Assembly: GCA_964563355.1 (NCBI GenBank)
Contig: CAZLVU010000004.1
Location: 17,733-81,732, forward strand
Origin: an uncultured Candidatus Poseidoniales archaeon
Lineage (GTDB): Archaea; Thermoplasmatota; Poseidoniia; Poseidoniales; Thalassarchaeaceae
Length of the DNA: 64,000 nt
Direction of reading: 5' to 3'
Shown here: positions 56,139 through 64,000 of the stretch, piece by piece
Numbering within the stretch: the stretch's first letter is position 1
Layout of the letters: each line of letters begins with the position of its first letter
Notes under the pieces: model-generated
Database searches by the model: none
Told to the model about the DNA's origin: nothing
The model's input: only the letters and a program-made list of their open reading frames with translations
Position numbers and translations under genes: made by a program

Positions 56139-57917
56139 TCACTTGGAGTAGAAGTATTCGCCGGAAGCCTTCTGCTCCCGGTCCTTTCTACTGGAGGGCT
56201 TGTTTATCCTTGGACGGTGCGATTCGACGTCACGTCTGAAAGTCACGCCCACTTCTGAGAGGAAGAGGTTCATCCCCTTGCGTAGCGAGAGGGGGCCTAC
56301 CGCATGTCCGTGCTTTCCGCCCTCTCCTTGGAACACTAGGAGAGAGTCGCTTACAATATCGATGAAGTAGGTGTCATGGTCTATTACCATGGCGGCCTTC
56401 TCATTACTCTCCATGGTCCTCCTAATTGCTTTGGCAGCCTCCATCCTGGCATTGGCGTCGAGGAATGCGCTTGGTTCATCAAATAGGTAGAGGTCTGCAT
56501 CCCTGCCGAGGCACATAGCTATGCTGACAGCTTGGAGCTCGCCTCCAGAAAGCTTCTTGACTCTGAGATCTAACAGTTGGTCAATCTGCAAGGCTCGGAT
56601 AACCTGGGTGTGAAACTCCCCTGACCCCCAAGAGAGTCCAATCTCAGTGTCAAGCCACTCCCTTACAGTCCCTCCGAAGTCGGAGCTGACGTGCTGTGGT
56701 TTGTAGGAAATCTTCGAGTCCATGGTGCACCAACCTTGGTCTGGGTCAATCTCTCCGGCAACCATCCTAACCAATGTTGTCTTTCCGGTGGAGTTGGCTC
56801 CAACGACCCCCACGACCTCGGCTGACCTAACCTGGCCCTCGCCCGTAGTGAGGCGAAAATCTCCCAAGACCTTCTCCATGTCGCCCCATCGCAGCATCAC
56901 CTGACCCATCTCCTCACCCCTCACACGCCCTTTCAGGAACTGAATCGGTTTATCCCTAAAGCGGATGTTTTCCTCGGGCAGGAAACCGTCCAGATATGCG
57001 TTGATGGCCGTTCTGGTGGATCTCGGGGAGGTGAAAATTCCGAATGCGGCTCGCTCCCCATAGACGATATGAATTAGATCACAGAGCACATCTAAGATGG
57101 CAAGATCGTGCTCAACTACTATTGTGCGTTTGCCGCGATTAGCCAGTTCCTGGATGATTCTTACCATCCTCATTCTCTCGTAGATATCCAAGTAAGATGA
57201 GGGCTCATCGAAGAAGTATACGTCTGCCTCCTTTAGTAGCGTGGCGCAGATAGCAACCCGCTGCAGTTCCCCGCCTGACAGTGATTGCAGGTCCCTCTCC
57301 AAGATATGCCCGATGTTCAGTGCATTTGCGAAATCGATCATCTCGCTTCGCTCATCAACCCGCTCAAGCAACTCCTTCACTAGGCCGTCAAATATCCCGG
57401 GAAGCTTGTCCACGTACTGTGGCTTGACTGCAACAACGGAACCTTCCTCAGAAAGGACTTGTAGGTAATCCCTGAGCTCGCCTCGGGGGAAGGAGGTCAC
57501 GACCTCATCCCAATCTTTTGGACCGGAGACCCAGTCACCGAGGTTCGGCCTCACGGTCCCAGAAAGGAGGTTGATTGCTGTTGACTTGCCCATTCCATTT
57601 GGGCCAAGGATGCCGACAACCTTCTCCTCCCTAGGTGCTGGTAGTCGGAACAATCTGAATCCATTCTCCCCATAGCGATGTGTCATCTCCCCTTCTAGCT
57701 CCTCAGGGAGATTTGTGATGATGAGCGCATCGAAGGGGCACTTAGTTACGCAGATGCCGCACCCAATGCATAGGGGTTCTGAGACGATTGGCTTGCCTGA
57801 ATTGTCGTCGAAAACGATGCATTCAATGCCGTTTCGTACTGGGGGGCAGAAGGCCCAGCACTCTTCGTTGCACTTCTTCGGCTGACACCGGTCCTCAAGA
57901 AGCACTGCAACTCTCAC
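56139..57917 (-). CDS. abcE1: ABCE1 / RNase L inhibitor (ribosome recycling factor)
   Basis: N-terminal Fe-S domain CQPKKCNEEC...CPP...CIGCGICVTKCP, followed by two ABC ATPase domains. Start proposed at GTG 57917 (M-RVAVLLEDRCQPKKC). The ORF-track ATG at 58016 overlaps the upstream synthase gene. Confidence 0.85.
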   Translation of the reverse strand: MRVAVLLEDRCQPKKCNEECWAFCPPVRNGIECIVFDDNSGKPIVSEPLCIGCGICVTKCPFDALIITNLPEELEGEMTHRYGENGFRLFRLPAPREEKVVGILGPNGMGKSTAINLLSGTVRPNLGDWVSGPKDWDEVVTSFPRGELRDYLQVLSEEGSVVAVKPQYVDKLPGIFDGLVKELLERVDERSEMIDFANALNIGHILERDLQSLSGGELQRVAICATLLKEADVYFFDEPSSYLDIYERMRMVRIIQELANRGKRTIVVEHDLAILDVLCDLIHIVYGERAAFGIFTSPRSTRTAINAYLDGFLPEENIRFRDKPIQFLKGRVRGEEMGQVMLRWGDMEKVLGDFRLTTGEGQVRSAEVVGVVGANSTGKTTLVRMVAGEIDPDQGWCTMDSKISYKPQHVSSDFGGTVREWLDTEIGLSWGSGEFHTQVIRALQIDQLLDLRVKKLSGGELQAVSIAMCLGRDADLYLFDEPSAFLDANARMEAAKAIRRTMESNEKAAMVIDHDTYFIDIVSDSLLVFQGEGGKHGHAVGPLSLRKGMNLFLSEVGVTFRRDVESHRPRINKPSSRKDREQKASGEYFYSK

Positions 57918-57981
57918 GTCCTCCCCTCCCACTATTCTCTCAATACTTCTTCCATTGGAATTGCCCCATGGGGGCTTTCTC

Positions 57982-59298
57982 TCAGAGTCCGATGAATCTG
58001 AACCTAGCATAAACATAAGCGGCTAGAAACATCTTCTCGGATTTTGAGAGTTGGATTCTCTGGCTGAAGACGTCCCCGTCTCGCTTGATTATCTTCTTCA
58101 TGATTGAGTTGTAGAAAGAGGCCATTGCTGCGGGGGAGTAGCGGGAGGACTTATCCAGATATGGGAGCAGCTTGAAGGCTCGTTCCCTGTAGACTTCGGC
58201 CCTCTGGAGGTACTCCTTTACGAATGGGGTCCATCCCGGGTGCTTTAGCAGAGCCTGTCCCCCCATCACGTCATCTTCGGTTATGCCCCAGCGAGCGAGG
58301 TCGTCGATGGGGAGGTAAATCCGGTCCCGCTCGGCGTCTTCTTTGACATCTCTGATGATGTTGATCAGTTGCATGAAAATTCCCCATGACTCGGCAAATT
58401 CCCGAGCTCTGATGTCATCATAACCGTAGATCTCGATGCAGACGAGTCCAACGGTTGAAGCGACCCTATAGCAGTATGAATAGAGTTCCTCGAATGTCTG
58501 GTACCTGTTTCTGTGGAAGTCGTTCTCCATACCGCTGATCATGTCGTCGAGAATCTGACGATGCACCCCGAACCTTCTAACGGTGTCCTTCAGAGCGATG
58601 AAGATGGGGTCCGTGGATGTGACGTTGCCATATGCAGTGGAAAGCTTCTTCCTATAGTAGAAGAGTTGGGACATTTTGTCATTGTACGTTGACCTGTCGA
58701 TGACTGGTTTCCCCGGACTGAGTCGCTCTATCCTTGATATGTACTCCAAAGATTCCGGATCGTCTGATGACCCACCGGGGAATACATCAACGTAGTCACC
58801 ATCAGCGATGTCGTCAGCCCTTCTGCAGAATGCGTAGTAGGCCATAATGGACCTTCGCTTGTCCTCTGGCAGATACTTGAAAGAATGATAGAAGTTTCCG
58901 GCCTCCCTCTTGGTTAGTTCCTCGCAGAAGTCATATGCCGCCTCAATCATGTGCTCAGGAACTTCTGGCTCTGTCCAAATTGCTGCATCTATGTGCCTGA
59001 AAGGATTGACTAGCTCGCCCCTAGAGCCAATTACGCCCATGAAAAGGGCGCCCTCCCTCATCGCCTCTAGAGCTGTAATACTGATGGCATGAGCGGCTTC
59101 CTTGGTAAGTTCTACAGCCCCCCTGATAATGTCCAGAGCCTGATCTGATTCCTCGAAGTGCTCGACGTTTTGGCTCTTTTCGAGCCCGTCGGGGATTATG
59201 TTCTCGGCGTGGGTATCTTGACTCGTTGCCATCCCCATCCCTATTACGGGCGGTAAAGGGTTCCTCTTGAACATCACCCGAGCACGACTGACTGTCAC
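57982..59298 (-). CDS. crtB: Phytoene synthase (squalene/phytoene synthase family) with an N-terminal extension of about 100 aa
   Basis: YAFCRRADDIAD (first Asp-rich motif), YCYRVASTVG, and MQLINIIRDVKEDAERDRIYLP (second motif). Confidence 0.7.
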   Translation of the reverse strand: MTVSRARVMFKRNPLPPVIGMGMATSQDTHAENIIPDGLEKSQNVEHFEESDQALDIIRGAVELTKEAAHAISITALEAMREGALFMGVIGSRGELVNPFRHIDAAIWTEPEVPEHMIEAAYDFCEELTKREAGNFYHSFKYLPEDKRRSIMAYYAFCRRADDIADGDYVDVFPGGSSDDPESLEYISRIERLSPGKPVIDRSTYNDKMSQLFYYRKKLSTAYGNVTSTDPIFIALKDTVRRFGVHRQILDDMISGMENDFHRNRYQTFEELYSYCYRVASTVGLVCIEIYGYDDIRAREFAESWGIFMQLINIIRDVKEDAERDRIYLPIDDLARWGITEDDVMGGQALLKHPGWTPFVKEYLQRAEVYRERAFKLLPYLDKSSRYSPAAMASFYNSIMKKIIKRDGDVFSQRIQLSKSEKMFLAAYVYARFRFIGL

Positions 59299-59341
59299 TT
59301 CACTTGCCTAGGATGGCAGTAGTACGGCAATGTTGTGAGGG

Positions 59342-60355
59342 TCACTGTGCCTCGAGAAGCTTCTTGCTTCTCCCATTGAATGGCAGTGCGAGGAGGATCT
59401 TGTTTCTCATCTCCTTGACCTCCCTCCTGGAAACCTTGATTCGGTTATTAGAGTCAAGAACATTGCTAATTCGGAGCATGGTCAGAGTTTGCTTGCCTAA
59501 CAGTACCGGAAACATACATGCTCCTCGGAGCCTATACTGGCCATGTGGCAACATCCCGATGTACTCCACTGCAGCAGCTAGGTGCTGTGAAGCGATTTCG
59601 ATGTAGTCCTCGTAGATTGGTCGGAATTTCTCCATGTTTGAGGGGTCGAGAAGGTCGCTGACCGCCAATCCACTGACTTCGAGTGACTCTCTAGGCACAT
59701 AGCAACGTCCCAATCTCAAATCTTCCGGGATGTCACGGAGAATGTTGATCAGTTGCAATGCTTTTCCAAATCTGACGCTCCTGTGAAAAAGGAAGTCTGC
59801 TGTTTCGTCATCTGCTTTGAAAAGGTGGTCTATGGACATGCGAGTCCAGAACTCGCCTACGCTCCCGGCCACCCTGTATGCGTAGTCATCTAGTTCTCCT
59901 TTGTCCCTAAGAGAGATGATGTTGGTCTCGGATGCCTTGGAGAACCTTTCCAAATCTAGAGCCTGACCACTCACAATAATGTCCAAACAGTTACGGATGT
60001 GCTTCTGGTCGGATTCATTGAAATTGGCTATACAGGCTACTGTTTCAGTTACCTTGCGCAGCAACTTCATCTCGGATTCGTTACTTTGCGCCGAAGCAAG
60101 GTCAGAGAGATCTGGTGATACTTCGGACCGACCTTGGGCCTTCTCGTTGTACTCTTTCAGTGCCTGAATTCTTCTCTCCGGCAGCCCTGCCTCGGAGTCT
60201 GCTATGGTGTCAGAGGTTCTAGCTAGGAGGTATAGTAGCCCGATCTGGGAACGAGTCTTGGACGGAAGCTGCTTTAGGGAGAGGTAGAATGATCTGGAGG
60301 TTCCCTCCAATATGGAGTCTAACTCCGGCCCTAGCAGCTCCGCCATACTGGACAA
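59342..60355 (-). CDS. Second squalene/phytoene synthase family protein (CrtM/HpnD-like)
   Basis: SRSFYLSLKQLP, LLARTSDTIAD, YAYRVAGSVG, LQLINILRDIPEDLRLGRCYVP. Confidence 0.7.
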   Translation of the reverse strand: MSSMAELLGPELDSILEGTSRSFYLSLKQLPSKTRSQIGLLYLLARTSDTIADSEAGLPERRIQALKEYNEKAQGRSEVSPDLSDLASAQSNESEMKLLRKVTETVACIANFNESDQKHIRNCLDIIVSGQALDLERFSKASETNIISLRDKGELDDYAYRVAGSVGEFWTRMSIDHLFKADDETADFLFHRSVRFGKALQLINILRDIPEDLRLGRCYVPRESLEVSGLAVSDLLDPSNMEKFRPIYEDYIEIASQHLAAAVEYIGMLPHGQYRLRGACMFPVLLGKQTLTMLRISNVLDSNNRIKVSRREVKEMRNKILLALPFNGRSKKLLEAQ

Positions 60356-60385
60356 CCCTGGATGCTATGCCGTATGGACTCACTC

Positions 60386-61315
60386 CTAAGACTCTCGTAG
60401 GCCGGCATCAACCAAGGCACTGAGCAGGGTGTCCCCTATCTTGGATGGATCCCTAGCAATGCGTATTCCGGCGTCCTCGAACGCCGCGAACTTCTCCTCT
60501 GCTGTGCCCTTGCCTCCGGAAATTATCGCCCCAGCGTGGCCCATGCGCTTTCCCGGGGGAGCAGTGGCGCCTGCGACGAACCCGATCAGAGGTTTGGAGA
60601 AGTTGGCCTTAGCCCACATTGCAGCCTCCTCTTCGGCTGTACCGCCTATCTCCCCAATCATGACTACCGCCTCGGTCTCTGGGTCTTTCTCAAACGCTTC
60701 TAGGCAGTCGATAAAACCGGTGCCATTCACCGGATCGCCGCCGATTCCAACGCAGGTGGTCTGACCCTCACCTACGCCCATGGTCTGCGCTACAGCCTCG
60801 TAGGTAAGGGTCCCTGACCTAGAAATGATTCCAATTCGGCCCTTAGCATGAATGTGGGCGGGCATAATCCCAATCTTGCAGCCTCCGTCCTCCCCGGGGC
60901 TAATGATGCCTGGGCAGTTTGGTCCGATCAGCCTAACTCCTGGCCTTTGGTCGATGTGAGCAACTACGCTGACCATATCGAGAGTTGCAATTCCCTCAGT
61001 GATGCAAATGATCAGTCCACCTTCATTCAATCCATGGAACGCATCTGCGGCTTCTGTGATTGCCTGTGCTGCGAACCTTGCTGGAACGTAGATAACGCTC
61101 GCATCAGCGCCGGTGGCGGATACAGCTTCAGACATCGAGTCGAAGACGGGGACTTTTCTACCGGGAAGAGGGACGGTCTGCCCTCCCTTCCCAGGGGTTA
61201 CACCTCCGACTATGTCGGTACCGTATTCTGCCATCCTAGAAGCGTGGAAGGTCCCCTGACTGCCGGTAATCCCCTGAACCAAGACCTTGCTGCCTTCATT
61301 GATCCAGATGCTCAT
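60386..61315 (-). CDS. sucD: Succinyl-CoA synthetase alpha subunit
   Basis: Conserved CoA-binding N-terminus ([14 protein letters not shown]) and phosphohistidine region ([14 protein letters not shown]). Confidence 0.9.
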   Translation of the reverse strand: MSIWINEGSKVLVQGITGSQGTFHASRMAEYGTDIVGGVTPGKGGQTVPLPGRKVPVFDSMSEAVSATGADASVIYVPARFAAQAITEAADAFHGLNEGGLIICITEGIATLDMVSVVAHIDQRPGVRLIGPNCPGIISPGEDGGCKIGIMPAHIHAKGRIGIISRSGTLTYEAVAQTMGVGEGQTTCVGIGGDPVNGTGFIDCLEAFEKDPETEAVVMIGEIGGTAEEEAAMWAKANFSKPLIGFVAGATAPPGKRMGHAGAIISGGKGTAEEKFAAFEDAGIRIARDPSKIGDTLLSALVDAGLRES

Positions 61316-62523
61316 CTAGAGTCACCTCCGATGACCCTGACTATGGCCTCACCTGCCTCAGCCAGAGTGCTTACGGTAACCACATCCAAGTCGCTTTCCT
61401 CGAGGGCCTCTCTCCCCTCGATGTGGTTTGTGCCAGAGAACCGTACAACCAGCGGGACCCCTAGTCCAACATCCCGGGAGGCCTCAATGATGCAGTGAGC
61501 CACCATGTCGCAGCGGATGATCCCCCCGAAGATATTGACCAGAATCCCCTCCAATCTGGAATCCTCAAGTATGATTCCGAAGGCTGTCGTGATAGATTCT
61601 CTGTCCGCACCTCCCCCGATGTCGAGGAAGTTTGCCGGCTCCCCCCCATAGAGCTTGATCACATCCATCGTCGCCATGGCCAGACCAGCGCCATTCACCA
61701 GGCATCCGATGTTTCCCTCCAGGTCTACATACGAAAGTCCATGCTCATGGGCACGAACCTCGATCTCGGATTCCTCGGACAGGTCCCTAAGCTCCGCCCT
61801 CCATGGGTGTCTGAAGTTGGCGTTTTCATCGAAGCTCACCTTGGCATCAAGAGCTACCATGGTGTCGTCCGCTGTCCTAACCAAGGGATTGATTTCAATC
61901 ATCGAACAGTCCCTGTCGATGAACAGTCGAGAGAGGTTGATCACAAGGTTCGCGAACGAGTCTTGGGCTGATTCAGAAAGACCGAGAGATTGTGCAAGAG
62001 AGAATAGCTGTGAGTCTTCAATGCCCTGAATTGGATCCAACCATGCCTTGTGGATTGCCTCTGGTGAGGTCTCAGCGACCTCCTCGATATCAACTCCTCC
62101 TTCGGTTGAAGCCATTATCAGAACCGTTTGCTCCTCTCGGTCGATCAATAGAGCGAGATAATACTCATGAGCAATGTCACATCCAGCCTCAATGTATAGG
62201 TTGCTAACGATTTTACCTGCTGGCCCGGTCTGTTTGGTCACAAGTTTGTGACCGAGAATATTCGAAGCAAAACCCTCCACATCGTCTCTAGAAGAGGCGA
62301 CCTTGACGCCGCCCTCCATCACTAGATCCCCAGAGTCAGGGCTGTACAGTTTCCCCTTCCCTCGGCCACCGGCGTGAATCTGGCTCTTTACGGCCACGAT
62401 TCCCGAGCCTAGGGAGTCATAGGCATTCAGAGCCTCCTCAACGCTTTTGCAGTGTACGCCATCTTGTACCGGAATCCCTGATTCCCTAAACAGAGCCTTT
62501 GCCTGATATTCGTGAATGTTCAT
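61312..62523 (-). CDS. sucC: Succinyl-CoA synthetase beta subunit
   Basis: [20 protein letters not shown]-terminus with ATP-grasp core. Overlaps sucD by 4 nt. The ORF-track version adds 90 spurious residues that run into the divergent neighbour. Confidence 0.9.
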   Translation of the reverse strand: MNIHEYQAKALFRESGIPVQDGVHCKSVEEALNAYDSLGSGIVAVKSQIHAGGRGKGKLYSPDSGDLVMEGGVKVASSRDDVEGFASNILGHKLVTKQTGPAGKIVSNLYIEAGCDIAHEYYLALLIDREEQTVLIMASTEGGVDIEEVAETSPEAIHKAWLDPIQGIEDSQLFSLAQSLGLSESAQDSFANLVINLSRLFIDRDCSMIEINPLVRTADDTMVALDAKVSFDENANFRHPWRAELRDLSEESEIEVRAHEHGLSYVDLEGNIGCLVNGAGLAMATMDVIKLYGGEPANFLDIGGGADRESITTAFGIILEDSRLEGILVNIFGGIIRCDMVAHCIIEASRDVGLGVPLVVRFSGTNHIEGREALEESDLDVVTVSTLAEAGEAIVRVIGGDSR

Positions 62524-62617
62524 CTGGTTTGCCCAATCGCGGCATGGCCTTGAACGATGCGGCCGTCCACTTCCTGATGGCATCTCACGAAGCGATGAAA
62601 GGCCTCGACTTATTGCG

Positions 62618-63586
62618 GTGGGTGTGGACGTGATTGTTCTCGCAGGAGGATTTGGGACTAGGCTTCGTCCTTGGACCGAGGACACCCCTAAGCCCCTACT
62701 GCCGATACTAGACAAATCCATGATTGAGCACGTCGTAGCTGTGTTGCCTGAATCCCAAGTTAGCAGGGTGCTGATAGCAGCAGGGTATGGCATTGAGAAG
62801 ATGAGGGGGCACTTCGCTGGAATTGAGCTGCCTTATGAAGTTCGAATTGTCGAGGAGACCTCGCCACTGGGAACTGGGGGTGCCATAGCTAACTGCAGGG
62901 AGCATCTTTCTGGGGGAACATTCTGCGTAATCAATGGGGATCTGATAACCAGCCTCAAAGTAGAGGAGATGCTGGAATTCCACAAGAGAAATGGCGGAAT
63001 AGCGACCATCTCACTGTGGGAGGTAGAGGACCCATCTAGGTTCGGCGTAGCCGACTACATCCAAGATTCTGGGAAGATCAAGAGGTTTCAGGAGAAGCCC
63101 CCAAGGGAGGAGGCCTACTCAAACCTGATCAATGCGGGGACCTACATACTCGAGCCTGAAATTTTCAATTTGATGCCAGAGGGTGCCCATAGTATGGAAA
63201 GGGACGTTTACGTAGACCTCGCTGCAGCAGGAGGACTGAATGGATTTCCGTTCGAGGGTTGGTTCGTTGATGCCGGTACGCCACAGTCGTACATCGAAGC
63301 CATGCAGGTCTGTGTCTCTGAGGGAAGCTTCGTGAGAGGTTCCATCGGAGGCGACTCCTGGTTTGACGAGGGTGCAGCCAACTCGGGGGATGTCAGTGGG
63401 AGTGCTATAGGTGCGTGCGTTGTAATTGGGGAAGGCTCCGAAATACGCAACTCCGTTGTGCTCGAGGGAGCAAACATTGCCCCGGGATGCGTGATTGATG
63501 GATGCTTGATCGGAATGGGCGCAAAGATTCCTGAAGGTGAGAAGTTAACCGGTGAAATAGTGAGCCATGGATTCGGTTCAGACTAA
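62618..63586 (+). CDS. Sugar-1-phosphate nucleotidyltransferase with a C-terminal left-handed beta-helix domain
   Basis: VIVLAGGFGTRLRPWTEDTPKPLLPI (NTP_transferase signature), plus hexapeptide repeats at the C-terminus. Start proposed at GTG 62618, 62624 or 62630 (AAAGG upstream). Confidence 0.75.
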   Translation: MGVDVIVLAGGFGTRLRPWTEDTPKPLLPILDKSMIEHVVAVLPESQVSRVLIAAGYGIEKMRGHFAGIELPYEVRIVEETSPLGTGGAIANCREHLSGGTFCVINGDLITSLKVEEMLEFHKRNGGIATISLWEVEDPSRFGVADYIQDSGKIKRFQEKPPREEAYSNLINAGTYILEPEIFNLMPEGAHSMERDVYVDLAAAGGLNGFPFEGWFVDAGTPQSYIEAMQVCVSEGSFVRGSIGGDSWFDEGAANSGDVSGSAIGACVVIGEGSEIRNSVVLEGANIAPGCVIDGCLIGMGAKIPEGEKLTGEIVSHGFGSD

Positions 63587-63684
63587 TTTGTGGCATGGGC
63601 TTTCCCAATAAACTCGCATTAGGCCTTGTTCTAATCCCCGTCACCGTCAAAGAGGCCCGTCGACTCGCGGTGCCGTGAGCGGCA

Positions 63685-64000
63685 CCCTTGTAGTTGTCAA
63701 CTTCAAGACATACCAGACGGCGCATGGCGGGTCTGCCGAGGAGCTGGCCAGGGTAATGGCCAACATGAAAACCGATGCCAGGCTTGTTGCTGCAGTTTCT
63801 CCCTTCGACCTATCGGCCGTGGTGGGGGTGGCGCCAAACCTGGAGGTTTGGTGCCAACACCTCGACCCCATAGTCTTCGGGTCCAATACAGGATGGCTCC
63901 ACCCCTCCACCGCTATTGAGAGGGGGGCGACTGGGACTCTGATCAATCACGCCGAGCACAAGGTTAGCCCAGAGCATGTGGCTATGCTACTGGAGCAGGT
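63685..64000 (+). CDS. tpiA: Triosephosphate isomerase, archaeal type (partial; continues beyond the window end)
   Basis: LVVVNFKTYQTAHG N-terminus and LINHAEHKVS (compare TIM INHSERR). GTG start inferred at 63685, because no ATG follows the in-frame stop at 63619. Confidence 0.65.

Noticed and set aside
61312-62793. Long N-terminal extensions in the ORF track for sucC (90 aa), moaE (66 aa), atpH, PCNA, TatD-like, ABCE1 and others.
   Set aside because: The extensions are low-complexity, overlap divergent or upstream genes, and come before well-conserved N-termini with plausible internal starts. They are an artefact of low stop-codon density in GC-rich DNA.
1-64000. Search for CRISPR arrays, IS elements/transposases, integrases and rRNA.
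   Set aside because: I found no regularly spaced direct repeats. No transposase, integrase or rRNA-like sequence was seen. The only tandem repeats are short: an 11-mer x2 in the putative origin.

Overview
This is a densely coding chromosomal window of about 55% GC that looks archaeal, and euryarchaeal in particular. That call rests on a complete A1Ao ATP synthase operon (atpHIKECFABD), a fibrillarin-Nop5-TFS-PCNA cluster, orc1/cdc6, geranylgeranyl reductase, ABCE1, and an archaeal-type PPAT fused to a DUF359 dephospho-CoA kinase. Many genes are bacterial- or eukaryote-like: class I fructose-bisphosphate aldolase (FBA), GlpX, Fpg, acyl-CoA oxidation genes, a PaaA/BoxB-like diiron oxygenase, carotenoid genes and secreted esterases. 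This pattern suggests a marine planktonic euryarchaeon such as Marine Group II; that is an inference and was not checked. I found one tRNA (Gly-UCC, minus strand) and no CRISPR array, IS element or rRNA. Two AT-rich islands of about 30% GC stand out. One lies directly upstream of orc1/cdc6 (34078-34480) and is the classic oriC position. The other (40290-40532) carries a near-perfect match to the euryarchaeal mini-ORB dyad TTCCAGTGGAAAT and sits upstream of an 864-aa wHTH protein of unknown function. Other points worth follow-up are a divergent two-repeat TBP-like protein, a GC-rich 380-bp non-coding gap that may hold a structured RNA, two neighbouring lipoprotein esterases that share a repeated Cys-bracketed N-terminal motif, an Fpg whose real start must be an internal GTG, and tandem squalene/phytoene-synthase paralogs. 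The ORF track's longest ORFs often carry spurious N-terminal extensions in this GC-rich DNA, so several starts were trimmed using homology-based expectations. One base-level inconsistency between the printed sequence and the ORF track, near 25920, is noted in noticed_but_rejected.
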